Shown here: one piece after another, positions 10,574-27,592 of the stretch
How the letters are laid out: each line of letters starts with the position of its first letter
How positions within the stretch are numbered: the stretch's first letter is position 1
NCBI GenBank assembly: GCA_002269645.1
Contig: NIVC01001350.1
Coordinates: 166,177-230,176, forward strand
DNA length: 64,000 nucleotides
Reading direction: 5' to 3'
DNA from: Macrostomum lignano
Lineage: Eukaryota
The notes under the pieces: generated by a model
The model's input: the letters and a program-made list of their open reading frames with translations, nothing else
What the model was told of the DNA's origin: nothing
Databases searched by the model: none
Translations under genes and position numbers: made by a program

Positions 10574-12937
10574 ATGGCTCCGCTGAGACTGTCAGGCCTC
10601 ATTACCGCGCTGCTGCTGCTGCTCAACTGCAGCCTGCTGGTGCATCAAGCCGGCAGCGTTGATCCGCTCTACATGTACGACCTAACGGCATCGTCGTTCG
10701 TCAAGGACGGCCAGGCCGACGACTCTTGGCAGGCAAGCCGGTTCAGCCCTCAGCTCAGCTACCTGTCCTTGGTGGCCTCGGCTGCCGCCTACGCCTCAGG
10801 AGCTGTGGGCAGCTGCTACCAAAACAGCGGCCTAGCGGGCACCTACGGACCAATGAGGAACGTGCGCCAGGTGTCCGTGCCGGCCTACTGGAAAACCATT
10901 GGCGGCACCTGGTCCGGCTTTGTGGCCCGGCTGCCGAGGAAACGCATCACCATGGTATGCGGAGCGGGGGATGCTGGGAGAAAGATGACCTTCACTGTTC
11001 TTTACTGCCTTGTACTGGTGTGGGTCTTGTACTGGTGTGTGTTGGTCCTGTAGTGTGTGTGTTCATCTTGTACTGGCGTGTGTATTGGTCTTGTACTGTG
11101 TGTGTTGGTCTTGTACTGGTCTTTGTGTGAGTCTTGTACTGGTCTGTGTGTGAGTCTTGTACTGGTCTGTTTGTGGGTCTTGTACTGGTATGTGTGTTAG
11201 TCTTGTACTGGTCTGTTTGTGAGTCTTGTACTGGTCTGTGTGTGGGTCTTGTACTGGCTAGCACATGTCTTGTACTGGTCTGTGTGTGGGTCTTGTACTG
11301 GCTAGTACATGTTTTGTACTGGCTAACACATGTCTTGTACTGGCTACCAAATGTCTTGTACTGGCTAACACATGTCTTGTACTGGCATCCCCCATCATCC
11401 TTCTCCAGATCGTCTTCCGCGGCACCAACCAAGACGGGCAGCTGATTGTCGAACTGCTCAGCGTGCTCAAAACGCCGCCGGTGCCGTCCCCTGTCGGAGG
11501 CCGGGTGCAGGCGTACTTCAGCATGGCTCAGCGGGCGGTCTGGTCTAAACTGGAGCCGGCGTTTGCCCAAATCCGTTCGGCGAATCCGGGAGACGCGATT
11601 CTGGTGACGGGCCACTCGCTTGGCGGGGCGATGGCGGCCCTGACGGCAGTCCAGCTGGCGGCCAAACGGCTGCGACCTCAGATGTTCACCTTCGGGGAGC
11701 CCCGGGTGGGCGACGCGACGTTTTCGGCGGCGTTCGACAAACTGATGGCCGGCGGCAGCAGCTGGCGGGTGGTCAACGGGCGGGTGAGTGAGGGATGAGG
11801 GCTGAAGGATGAGGGATGAGAGCTGAGGGATGAGGGATGAGGGCTGAGGGATGAGGGATGAGGGCTGAGGGATGAGAGCTGAGGGCTGAGGGCTGAGGGA
11901 TGAGGGATGAGGGATCAGGGCTGAGGGATGAGAGCTGAGGGCTGAGGGCTGAGGGCTGAGGGCTGAGGGATGAGGGATGAGGGCTGAGGGCTGAGGGCTG
12001 AGGGCTGAGGGCTGAGGGCTGAGGGCTGAGGGCTGAGGGCTGAGGGATGAGAGCTGAGGGCTGAGGGCTGAGGGATGAGAGCTGAGGGCTGAGGGCTGAG
12101 GGCTGAGGGCTGAGGGCTGAGGGCTGAGGGCTGAGGGCTGAGGACTGAGGGCTGAGGGCTGAGGGATGAGGGCTGAGGGCTGAGGGCTGAGGGCTGAGGG
12201 CTGAGGGCTGAGGGCTGAGGGATGAGGGATGAGGGCTGAGGGATGAGGGATGAGGGCTGAGGGCTGAGGGCTGAGGGCTGAGGGCTGAGGGATGAGGGCT
12301 GAGGGATGAGGGATGAGGGATGAGGGATGAGGGATGAGGGATGAGGGATGAGGGATGAGGGATGAGGGATGAGGGATGAGGGATGAGGGATGAGGGATGA
12401 GGGATGAGGAGTCCACGAAGGGTCAGAGGGAGACGATGGAAGTCAAAAGTCAGAGTCAGCAGGAATTTTAATAATCAAGAAATAGACCCCTGGAGAGACG
12501 TGTAGAGTCAGGGAGAGATCAGTAGAGTCAGGGGTGACTGCAGTTATTGGCAGCTCAGCTCAACTGTTACCCCACAGGACCCGGTGGTGCACCTGCCGCT
12601 GTGCCGGGGCCCTCTGGAGCGGTGCCAGCCGGACCAGAAGTCGGGCCCGTACCATCACGGCACGGAGGTGTTCTACCCGTCCGGCATGAGGCCGAACTCT
12701 CCAAGCGGATTTCGAATTTGCCAAGGCAAGCCGAAGAACGAAGACCGGAACTGCGCGGACTCGCCGAAGGTGTTCCTGCCGTGCCTCACCAAGATGGCCT
12801 CCTGCATCGGCTCGCACCTGAATTACTACGGCATCAAGGTGAGCAAGTGGTGGAGCAGCTCGCAGTGCAAGCCCAAGAAGGAGAGCGACGAAAAAATCAT
12901 GGGCCGACTGTTGATGGAGAGCGTAATAAACAGCTGA
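10574..12937 (+). CDS. Secreted class-3 lipase (Lipase_3, alpha/beta hydrolase), ~371 aa, 3 exons
   Basis: Exons 10574-10954, 11409-11783, 12578-12937, all phase 0 with GT-AG. Signal peptide; IVFRGT oxyanion motif; GHSLGG nucleophile elbow; TFGEPRVG; RVVNGR|DPVVHLP (catalytic Asp region); HLNYY (candidate catalytic His). Confidence 0.93.
10998..11385. repeat. Degenerate TCTTGTACTGG-core minisatellite in lipase intron 1
   Basis: Directly visible; ~21-23-bp period. Confidence 0.9.
11786..12410. repeat. 7-bp repeat (GAGGGCT/GAGGGAT) in lipase intron 2
   Basis: Directly visible; starts immediately after the GTGAGT donor. Confidence 0.97.
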
Positions 12938-13104
12938 TTGATCGGCTGGCTGATGGAGGATTGATTTTTGTATCCAATAGTTCACGATTTCTGTTCTTAA
13001 CTATCAGGCAATTGATTCTCTTGGTGAATACCTGGCAGATGAAGTCTACTTGTTTGACTGACTAATTAACTTGAACCTCAATTGATTGGGTGATTGACTG
13101 ATGT

Positions 13105-13118
13105 AGGATTGGTTGTTG

Positions 13119-13176
<58 letters not shown>

Positions 13177-13276
13177 TATTGGTTGATTAGTTGAATGATT
13201 GATCGATTGATCGATTGACTGATTGATTGAATGATTAGTTGATTGATTGATTGGTTGGGTGATTTATTGATTGATT
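13105..13276. repeat. (GATT)n microsatellite; it resumes at ~15902-16000 beyond the inserted element
   Basis: Directly visible on both sides of 13277-15901. Confidence 0.9.
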
Positions 13277-14235
13277 TGATGTAACCGCCCTTGTCGCCCG
13301 TCCGCTCCGCTGGGAGGCGAACGTATGACCAGAGGGGCCATGACCGTAGGCTGCCTATGACCGGGCAATGGCCTGACGGACCTCCAGCACCAGACTGTCC
13401 CGGCCACATGATTGATAGCTTTGGTAGCGCTTTCGTGACAAGAGGGCCAAGGACCCACATGGACCCCACCTGTAGCCAAGGTGCAATAGTCTGTCACTCG
13501 GTCAGAGCATGACCTGACCGAGTGGCTGCCACCACTCTATGTGACCTGGCGCACCTGGATCTTACTACCAGACCTCTCGAGGCTAGAGCCCCGCCTAGGA
13601 TGGTTACCAGGAGATTTAGGCTAACAGGGGAGACACATGCAGCCGAGTACAGGGACTCTGCTTGAGGCATGATCGGGAACTCTGGGCTCAATCTGGAGGA
13701 TTTCTCAGCAGGGGATCCTTTGTGGCTGTGAGCGAGGCGGACTTGCGGCTTCAATTACTAAGAGTAGTATGAGGCGAACATGTACTGTCTATAGTTTAGA
13801 TTGCTCAGGGCGAAGGGACGCGTCAGCATGGGGTTGCAACCTTCCTACTGCCATTCTGTGCCAAGACTCACTAATTCCCTCTACTGCCCTCACACACGGA
13901 CCCGCAGCACGCACACACAGGCGAGCTTTGCACGGGGAGAGGCCATTAGCTTACCCAAACTTCCTTATGCTTTGCCACCCAGGGAGAAAGGCATAGCAAG
14001 CCATGAATGAAATGATGGTGAAAGAGTGAATAATGAGGAGTTTAGTAATGGTTAATAATTAGGCCCTTAGGCAAATAATCAGGCAATTAGGCGGCTTCAC
14101 TATTGAGTAAAATACAGCAAAAAGTTACGGTATCACAATTTGCTCAGCTCTCTAATCAAGCAATGGGAAATAAGCAAACCCCGGATAAGCAAAGGCAATT
14201 AGAGCACAAATTAGTACAGGAACTCACCGGCAGCT

Positions 14236-14324
<89 letters not shown>

Positions 14325-15901
14325 CGGAGTGACCGAGGGCGGCTGTTGGCTGCAGACAGGCAGACTGTGAAGCGGCGATGCGCTGAAGCGACGAGGCGCT
14401 GATGTAGTTCAGGCAATGCTGAATATGCTGGGCGGTAACAGACCGCGGACCGGCAGATGAGCTCACTTGGGGAGCTGAGGTAACTTGGCGGTAACAGACC
14501 GCGGGCTGGCAGAGGTTCGTCCTAGACGAATGGGTCAGATCGGTGTCTGACAGCGTCATGAATCGGGCGCCATGTAGAGAAAACTAACGATTGAATTATG
14601 AGATATTTAATTGGAGTTAAATTGAATCTAAGATAAGCCAGTAAGTGGGCGCAGGGCCCAAACAAGTATATTTATACCAGACATTAACTTAGGGGGTTTG
14701 AATTGCAGATAATAAAGAGAGGGGGTGGAGTGCGCGACTGAGGAAAGAGGCGAGAACGGAGAGCCAATCAGAACGCAGCAAGGGAGAGAGAGAGATAAGA
14801 ATAACAAGATTGAGCTGGACAGAGAAGAGAGAAAACAGAGTAAACAGAGACAAGTGAAGGTGAACTAAGAAATGACTAGGAAAGTCGCGACACAGCGAGT
14901 CCACAGTAGGACGAGAAGGAACGCGAAGTCTGAGGGTTCTCACGCCGAAAACCGCTTCCTTAAATAGCCTTCCCAGCCGCCGCTCCAAGGTCGTTTCCAT
15001 GACTCCCTCTCTCTGATTGGCTGCCGGCGAAATGACGTCAGAATGAGTCAGAATGAGAAGTATGAGAACGACGGCATAGCAACATGAGAAATGGGGAAAT
15101 TGCGCAATCCGGAGGTGGGGTGGGGGATAATTGACGCAGCGGGAGGTCGAGAAAGTGTTGCGCAAGCAAACATTGAGAACAATGGGGCTGGGGTCAAGAA
15201 CAAAGGAAATGGAAATCGGGGATTATTGAGGAGAACCGAAAACAATAGAAAAGCAAACATTGGAAAAAAGGTGCTAATTGGGTGCGAAAAGGAGAACAAT
15301 AGAGAGAGAAAATCGGAGAAAATGTGATAATTAGGTGCGAAGACGAGAACAAAAGAATAAAAAACGAGAACAATAGAAGCGGAGGTGGGGTGGGTGTCGC
15401 ATGAGAAATATTGGGAGGAGAACAATGGCATGAGAAGAGGTTGCGCAAGAGGGGGTGATGAGTCATCGATGAGTCATCGAGGGGAAGGAGGGGTCAGAGG
15501 CCTTGCGTCACCGTTTGGGAGTTTAATAAGGGATGGGGTGACGGTGAGCGCCCAAAGTACTGTAAGTAGGCACGGGATGAGAGGGGACAGCGCAGGAAAA
15601 ACAGACCAAAAAGAGACAAAAGGATGGGAAGCGGGAGATGCACATGGTAGATAGGGTAGAGCGCATGGGAAACGGGGAGGCGGGTGAGGTGCAGTAAGAA
15701 AACGGGGCTCCGGAAAGGCATGTGTGGCGGAGTGGGAGCCGGAGACGAGACAGCAGGGGGGTGCAGCAGAGCGGGAGTCAGCAGGTCTGGTCAAGTACCT
15801 GGCCCAGTCTCGACGGCTCTGCCCAGTAGGTGCACGGAGATTGGAGGTACTTTCGAAAAATTTCCCTTGCCATATCCCGCGACCAGAGCGTGGTTACATC
15901 A
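13277..15901 (-). mobile_element. Non-coding ~2.6-kb insertion with imperfect terminal inverted repeats and an internal LTR-like segment plus PBS
   Basis: Ends TGATGTAACC / GGTTACATCA (10 bp perfect, ~23 bp imperfect), inserted in (GATT)n. Minus strand 15898-14573 runs TGTAAC...CTACA with TGACGTCA (15033-15040), CCAAT (15016-15020) and TATTTAA (14960-14966). It is followed directly by TGGCGCCCGATTCATGAC (14572-14555), a tRNA-Lys-like PBS. Confidence 0.6.
14239..14320. repeat. (GA)n microsatellite
   Basis: Directly visible. Confidence 0.97.
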
Positions 15902-16789
15902 TATTGATTTATTTATTGACTAATTGATTGATTAGTTTTTTGTTTTATTGATTGATTGATTGATTGAGGGGTTGATTCATTGATTAATTGGTTGATTACC
16001 TCTTAGTTATGTGAAAGTCACTAATTAAGATCTGTTTTCGCATTTATCCCAGGCCCAAAGCCATCCCAAACTTGTGACAGTTCTACAATATGCTGAGCAG
16101 CTCATTAAAGGATTTCCAAGTAGTATTTGTGTGTGATGGAATTCTCAAACGTAATTCTTGTTATTCAGCTGTTGATATTTAAGACTCATAACTCTAGAAA
16201 GTGGAGCTGTTTCAGAAAAATTGAATAAATGTTTCTGTTAACAGTTAATATTTGTTTTAATCGGACTTAATTTTACGCTTTAAAAAGTCTTTAATAAAAA
16301 TAACATGGCGCCACACTTTAATACTATAATTTCTATTAAAAATAATATTTTGTATGTTGAATATTAAATAAATATGCTGACACACTACTGTTAAATTTTA
16401 AAATTAAGTAGTAAACACGAAAAATATCACATTTATGGCCCGTTCGGCTTTTGTATGGTCTCTTTTGTATGAAACTTAGTAATGAGTCTTTGGAAATGAG
16501 AGTGCCAATATTGCAAAACTTTCACAAATAGAAGTTGAATCCAAAGTGCATAAATTTTAATGCAATTCAAATATTGCAACTAGCATGATGTCTATTAAAA
16601 TTTACAGCAAATATAATTGACATTTTTAGAAATTTTAAAAATAACATCAAATTTGTTTTGGCCAATGCGACAAGTTAGTGTTTAAAATGTTTTGCGACGT
16701 TCATTTTCATAGAAAAAATTAAAGGGAGTGGCGAGGAAAATCTAGAGAAGAAAAGTGAAAAGAAGAAAAGTGGAAAATCGAAAGAAAAG

Positions 16790-17900
16790 TGGAGAGTGGA
16801 GAGTGGAGAGGGGAGAGTCGAGAGTGGAGAGGGGAGAGTGGAGAGTGGAGAGTGGAGAGTGGAGAGTGGAGAGTGGAGAGTGGAGAGGGGAGAGTGGAGA
16901 ATGGAGAGGGGAGAGTGGAGAGGGTAGAGTGGAGAGGGGAGAGGGGAGAGTGGAGAGTGGAGAGGGGAGAGTGGAGAGGGGAGAGTGGAGAGTGGAGAGG
17001 GGAGAGTGGAGAATGGAGAGTGGAGAGGAGAGAGTGGAGAGTGGAGAGGGGAGAGTGGAGAATGGAGAGTGGAGAGTGGAGAATGGAGAGTGGAGAGGAG
17101 AGAGTGGAGAGTGGAGAGGGGAGAGGGGAGAGTGGAGAGTGGAGAGGGGAGAGTGGAGAGGGGAGAGTGGAGAGTGGAGAGGGGAGAGTGGAGAATGGAG
17201 AGTGGAGAGGAGAGAGTGGAGAGTGGAGAGGGGAGAGTGGAGAATGGAGAGTGGAGAGTGGAGAATGGAGAGTGGAGAGGAGAGAGTGGAGAGTGGAGAG
17301 GGGAGAGTGGAGAATGGAGAGTGGAGAGGGGAGAGTGGAGAGTGGAGAGTGGAGAGGGGAGAGTGGAGAATGGAGAGGGGAGAGTGGAGAGTGGAGAGGG
17401 GTGAGTGGAGAGGGGAGAGGGGAGAGGGGAGAGGGGAGAGTGGAGAGTGGAGAGTGGAGAGTGGAGAGGGGAGAGTGGAGAGTGGAGAGGGGAGAGTGGA
17501 GAGTGGAGAATGGAGAGTGGAGAGGGGAGAGTGGAGAGTGAAGAGGGGAGAGTGGAGAGTGGAGAGGGGAGAATGGAGAGTGGAGAGGGGTGAGTGGAGA
17601 GGGGAGAGGGGAGAGGGGAGAGGGAGAGTGGAGAGTGGAGAGTGGAGAGTGGAGAGGGGTGAGTGGAGAGTGGAGAGGGGAGAGTGGAGAGTGGAGAGGG
17701 GAGAGTGGAGAGTGGAGAGGGGTGAGTGGAGAGGGGAGAGTGGAGAGTGGAGAGTGGAGAGTGGAGAGTGGAGAATGGAGAGTGGAGAGGGGAGAGGGGA
17801 GAGTGGAGAGTGGAGAGGGGAGAGTGGAGAGTGGAGAGGGGAGAGTGGAGAGTGGAGAGGGTGAGTGAGTGGAGAGTGGAGAGGAGTGAGTGGAGAGGGT
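16790..17900. repeat. 7-bp purine-rich repeat (GAGAGTG/GAGAGGG/GAGAATG) between the convergent lipase and stomatin 3' ends
   Basis: Directly visible. Confidence 0.97.
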
Positions 17901-18197
17901 AGAGGTAGCCGATTCAGTGCTTTAAGCGATAAATGGAGCTTATACTGTAGAGCAAGTCCTCGCATCTCCAGAGATCAAGACTCAAAGTTTAATGGGGACA
18001 AAAACATAAACTACCGAGCCGAATAACACCGAGTTTCGAAAATCTATCCAAAAACAGAAGTTTTATACGCGGGTAGCAGAAAACAAACTAAAAACACAGC
18101 GGATAGACGGACATGCCGATGTTCAGAAGAGGCTGTTCATGCGTTTCAGATCGACCTGTTAACTTGAATTCATTGGACAAAGCTGCTCAAAAACTGC

Positions 18198-23142
<4,945 letters not shown>

Positions 23143-23454
23143 TGAATCACGGACTAAATTTTAAGCTTGCTGGCTTCTCTGACAAGCCGATGTCTTGCAC
23201 TGGTTGAGCAGCTCCCAAGCCAGCAGTTTAAAGCTTTATAGAGTGCTGGCGCCTGTGTGAGACCTCACCCACGGGGAGGGTGGGTCAGCGCCCCACCTGC
23301 AGCCTCCCCAGCCCCACTACCTGGAGATTAGTGATCTGGAGGAGTGACCAAAACCTCAAGCCAAACCCTGCGTTTCTCACACAAAGTCAAATAAATCATT
23401 TTACAGTTGGCACACAATTTTCAGCAGAAGTCGTTTCTCTTTTCTCTCTTCAGG

Positions 23455-24330
23455 AGAGACACTGGGAGAGGCACTGGAAGAGGCACTGAGACACTGAGAG
23501 AGGAGGCACTAGGAGAGGCACTAGGAGAGGCACTGAGAGGCACTGAAAGACACTGAGAGAAGAGGCACTAGGAGAGGCACTGAAAGGCACTGAGAGGCAC
23601 TAGGAGAGGCACTGAGAGAGGCACTGAGAGACACTGAGAGAGGAGGCACTAGGAGAGGCACTAGGAGAGGCACTAGGAGAGGCACTAGGAGAGGCACTAG
23701 GAGAGGCACTAGGAGAGGCACTAGGAGAGGCACTGAGAGGCACTGAGAGAAGAGGCACTAGGAGAGGCACTGAGAGGCACTGAGAGAAGAGGCACTAGGA
23801 GAGGCACTAGGAGAGGTACTAGGAGAGGCACTAGGAGAGGCACTGAGAGGCACTGAGAGAAGAGGCACTAGGAGAGGCACTGAGAGGCACTGAGAGAAGA
23901 GGCACTAGGAGAGGCACTAGGAGAGGCACTAGGAGAGGCACTGAAAGGCACTGAGAGGCACTAGGAGAGGCACTAGGAGAGGCACTGAGAGGCACTGAGA
24001 GAAGAGGCACTAGGAGAGGCACTAGGAGAGGCACTGAGAGGCACTGAGAGAAGAGGCACTAGGAGAGGCACTAGGAGAGGCACTAGGAGAGGCACTAGGA
24101 GAGGCACTGAAAGGCACTGAGAGGCACTAGGAGAGGCACTAGGAGAGGCACTGAGAGGCACTGAGAGAAGAGGCACTAGGAGAGGCACTAGGAGAGGCAC
24201 TAGGAGAGGCACTAGGAGAGGCACTGAGAGGCACTGAGAGAAGAGGCACTAGGAGAGGCACTAGGAGAGGCACTAGGAGAGGCACTAGGAGAGGCACTAG
24301 GAGAGGCACTAGGAGAGGCACTGAGAGGCA
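23455..24330. repeat. GAGAGGCACT-based satellite (12-bp GGCACTAGGAGA plus variants)
   Basis: Directly visible. Confidence 0.96.
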
Positions 24331-25044
24331 CAGTCAGCCATACTTCATAGCAGTGATGGGATTTGGAAGCAGCAGTTTTCACACCAGATCTTTCAGTGTA
24401 GAGCCCCATAAAACCAAACTCAGCACTTGCCAGCAGCCGGGACTGAGGTTAGAAGGGGTTCAGGGATTAATAATGGGAATCAGCAGAGCTTGCCTGTTCC
24501 AGCCAGGCTTACTTCGTATTCGCGTATATGCGGGTGGTTGCCATGACAACACCATTGGGACAGATGATCGGACAGCCAATGAAGCCATGCAGCCGGAGCC
24601 CTCTAAACCCATCACAGTGCAGATTTTCTCAGGCAGTTTAACTCAGCCGAGCTATGGCTACCTGTACAAGAGCAGTTGGCAGCGCGGACATTGCCAATGA
24701 AGGAGGGTAGACAAGTAATTAATTTCTGCTGTCAATAAAGTTTTATTGCCGATCGGGGAGGGGTCTTAAGGCCAATCAGCCAGACTTCTGTATCTATACA
24801 CTGCTCATCAATTTGTAGTTCTGACGCTAATGAGCTGCTGCTCAAAAAGTTTTCGGTGGATTAATTAAATTTATAGGCGGTAGTTAAACAAGAGTTGGCA
24901 TAAATGTATGATTGGCCATATAGTGAGGCTGAGTTAAATCTGCAGTTTGAAACAGCCGTGGGCGATGGGAGGGTTGGCTGAGACAGGTGAGCAGGATAGA
25001 AGAGATACATCTATAGGAGATGGGAGCTCTTTTCGCGGACCCCA

Positions 25045-25400
25045 GCTAAGCACGGAATCGAACTCAGGACATCCAAACCCAAAGTTATTAGTATAGCCAC
25101 CGCACACGGATTCGAACTCAGGACATCCAAACCCAAAGTTGTTAGCATAGCCACCGCACACGGATTCGAACTCAGGACATCCAAACCCAAAGTTGTTAGC
25201 ATAGCCACCGCACACGGATTCGAACTCAGGACATCCAAACCAAAAGATATTAGCATAGCCACCGCACACGGATAAGAACTCAGGACCACCAGACCCAAGT
25301 TATTAACGTCACTATCGAGCTTGGGACCACAAAAAGCAAAGCTATACAATCTATTAATATGGCTGCCGTGGAACGGAATCGAACTCAAGACCTACATGCA
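25045..25400 (-). repeat. 54-bp tandem array whose unit carries a tRNA T-loop/B-box-like GAGTTCGAATCC; probable tRNA/SINE-derived
   Basis: Unit (+) CCACCGCACACGGATTCGAACTCAGGACATCCAAACCCAAAGTTGTTAGCATAG, 5-6 copies with decayed end copies. Confidence 0.75.
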
Positions 25401-25862
25401 TGCACTACAATACGAAGGCTTTGGCGCTAGCCGGAGCCCCAGCTGAGAGGAAGATGAACAGGAAAAGCATACCACAGAGGAAGCATTACGGGAACTGCAG
25501 CTGAGCTACATGCAGCTGTGTGGACTGGCAGACACGGACGGGGCAGGATCAGAGAGACAGCCAGACAGACAAAAGCAGAGCTGCACCCAGTGGGGAAAAA
25601 ATCAATAATTAGTTTTCAAGCTGGGAATACCCACGTGCTGCTTTGATATAGGGCAGAAAATTTTTTTGGTATAAATTTATTATTCATCATAACTGCGTCG
25701 ATGCACCAAGCGAACTCGGACTCAGGCCAGTTGACAGCCTGCAGTCAGGTTTTAATTAGAGCGACGGTTACCATAGCAACGGTAATTGTCACAATTAATT
25801 AAGCATGGGTCTAGTTAACTTAACTTTGATGATAAGACGACGAACCGATTTCAGAAGAAGAT

Positions 25863-26400
25863 ATGGCCGACGCAGCAGATTTACAAGCGCTGAGAAACGA
25901 GCTCCAACGGCTTCGGGAAGAGCGAACAACAACGCAAATCCCAGGCATCGTACAGGCCGAACAACAGCGTCTGGGAAGGTACGAGATTGGAGCGCCGTTC
26001 ACACAATTCCTAAACCAGTTTGACCTTATGATGAGAACGTACGGACTTACGGATGCGGAGAAAGCTTGAATTCTACCAGCGTTCCTGCAACCAAATGCGC
26101 TAACAACTTGCGAGCGAGCAAACTGGTGGCCTAACAACTATCGTTCGAACAAAAACTTGTGTTCTAAACTTTCGATTGAACAGTAAAGCCAGTAAAGTTG
26201 AAAGGCTAATTGAAATCAAAAGGAGGCGCAAGCAAACATATTTAGCCGCTTAGCTCGACAGGCGCGCAACCTCCTATAGATGAATTTGAGTGCGATATAG
26301 TTTCGCTCTGAGGTTGTCGTGTTTGGAAGCTGCGAGTATTCTGGTGCGAAGTCTTCACGATGACGAAGCTAGGGTTCCACACAGGCGGAGTGACTCGAGT
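25863..26400 (+). pseudogene. Probable decayed retrotransposon gag N-terminal fragment
   Basis: MADAADLQALRNELQRLREE...GRYEIGAPFTQFLNQFDLMMRTYGLTDAEKA*ILPAFLQPNA resembles Ty3/Gypsy gag capsid N-termini (F..FL..FE.....GL....K...LP..L); stops and frameshifts follow. Confidence 0.5.
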
Positions 26401-26419
26401 GAGGGCAGGGCACTCAAAA

Positions 26420-26815
26420 AAGCTGAGAGGCACTGGGAGACACTGAGAGGCACTGAGAGCATTGAGAGAGGCACTGAGAGCATTGAGAGAGACACTGAGA
26501 GCATTGAGAGACACACTGAGAGCATTGAGAGAGGCACTGAGAGCATTGAGAGAGGCGCTGAGAGCATTGAGAGAGGCACTGAGAGCATTGAGAGACACAC
26601 TGAGAGCATTGAGAGAGGCACTGAGAGCATTGAGAGAGGCACTGAGAGCATTGAGAGACACACTGAGAGCATTGAGAGAGGCACTGAGAGCATTGAGAGG
26701 CACTGAGAGCATTGAGAGAGGCACTGAGAGCATTGAGAGGGGCGCTGAGAGCATTGAGAGAGACACTAAGAAAGACTCAAACTGAAAACATTGAGAGGCA
26801 CTGAGAGAGACACTG
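26420..26815. repeat. 21-bp satellite (GAGAGCATTGAGAGAGGCACT), related to the 23455-24330 array
   Basis: Directly visible; shares the GAGAGGCACT core. Confidence 0.95.
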
Positions 26816-27592
26816 ATGTAGTGAGAGTGAAGCAAGATAATAGAGAAAAAAACAAAAACCGCCACTCAAAGTCAGATTTGTTTGCACTGAAGCTGATGAA
26901 AATTATTTACCAGTATGACGGAGGTCAATCACAAATGTATTATTATATTAAAGTGATTATGTGAAACACGCATCAGTTCTTGGTTTAGCACAGGCTCAAA
27001 GACGAAACAGACAAAGACCAGTAGCAATAGTTTTGTCAGAAGCTGCATAAAATGGTGTTACACGTGCAATAAAATGTCAAGATGTTTACAGACGGCTGCA
27101 TGAACGGATATCGAAGAGATGATTTTTAAATTCGTTTCAACCTGAAGCTTCAATTTCAACCCCAACTGCACCCAGCAGAATGGGGAAATACTGATGCAAT
27201 CTTCTATTTGAGAGAGAGGGAGGAGTGAAGGAGGGACAGAGCGAGAGGGTGAGGGAGGAGAGGTAGAGGGTGAGGGAGAGGTAGCTAGAGAGGTAGAGGG
27301 AGAGTGGGAGAGCAAGGGAGGGATTGAGGTAGCTAGAGAGAGGAAGAGAGAGGAAGAGGGACGAGAGGGAGAGGTAGGAGAGGGAGAGTAGATCAGGAGA
27401 GGAACGCACTCGCACACTACTGTTACGTAGGCCATACGGATCATCACATGTGTTCTAAAAAAAGAATTTGCACCAATCTACGGATATCAAAATCAAATTG
27501 AACTATAGAAAATAATCACAAATATTAACTTTCGATATATTCTTTCCATGACCAGGTATAACACAATAGGCCCACCGACTACACCCTCAATG

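Noticed and set aside
25370-25450. Intact tRNA gene at the head of the 54-bp array, or at the SINE head (28886-28945)
   Set aside because: No complete cloverleaf (anticodon arm absent or unpaired) and no Pol III terminator at the tRNA 3' end; treated as tRNA-derived repeats.
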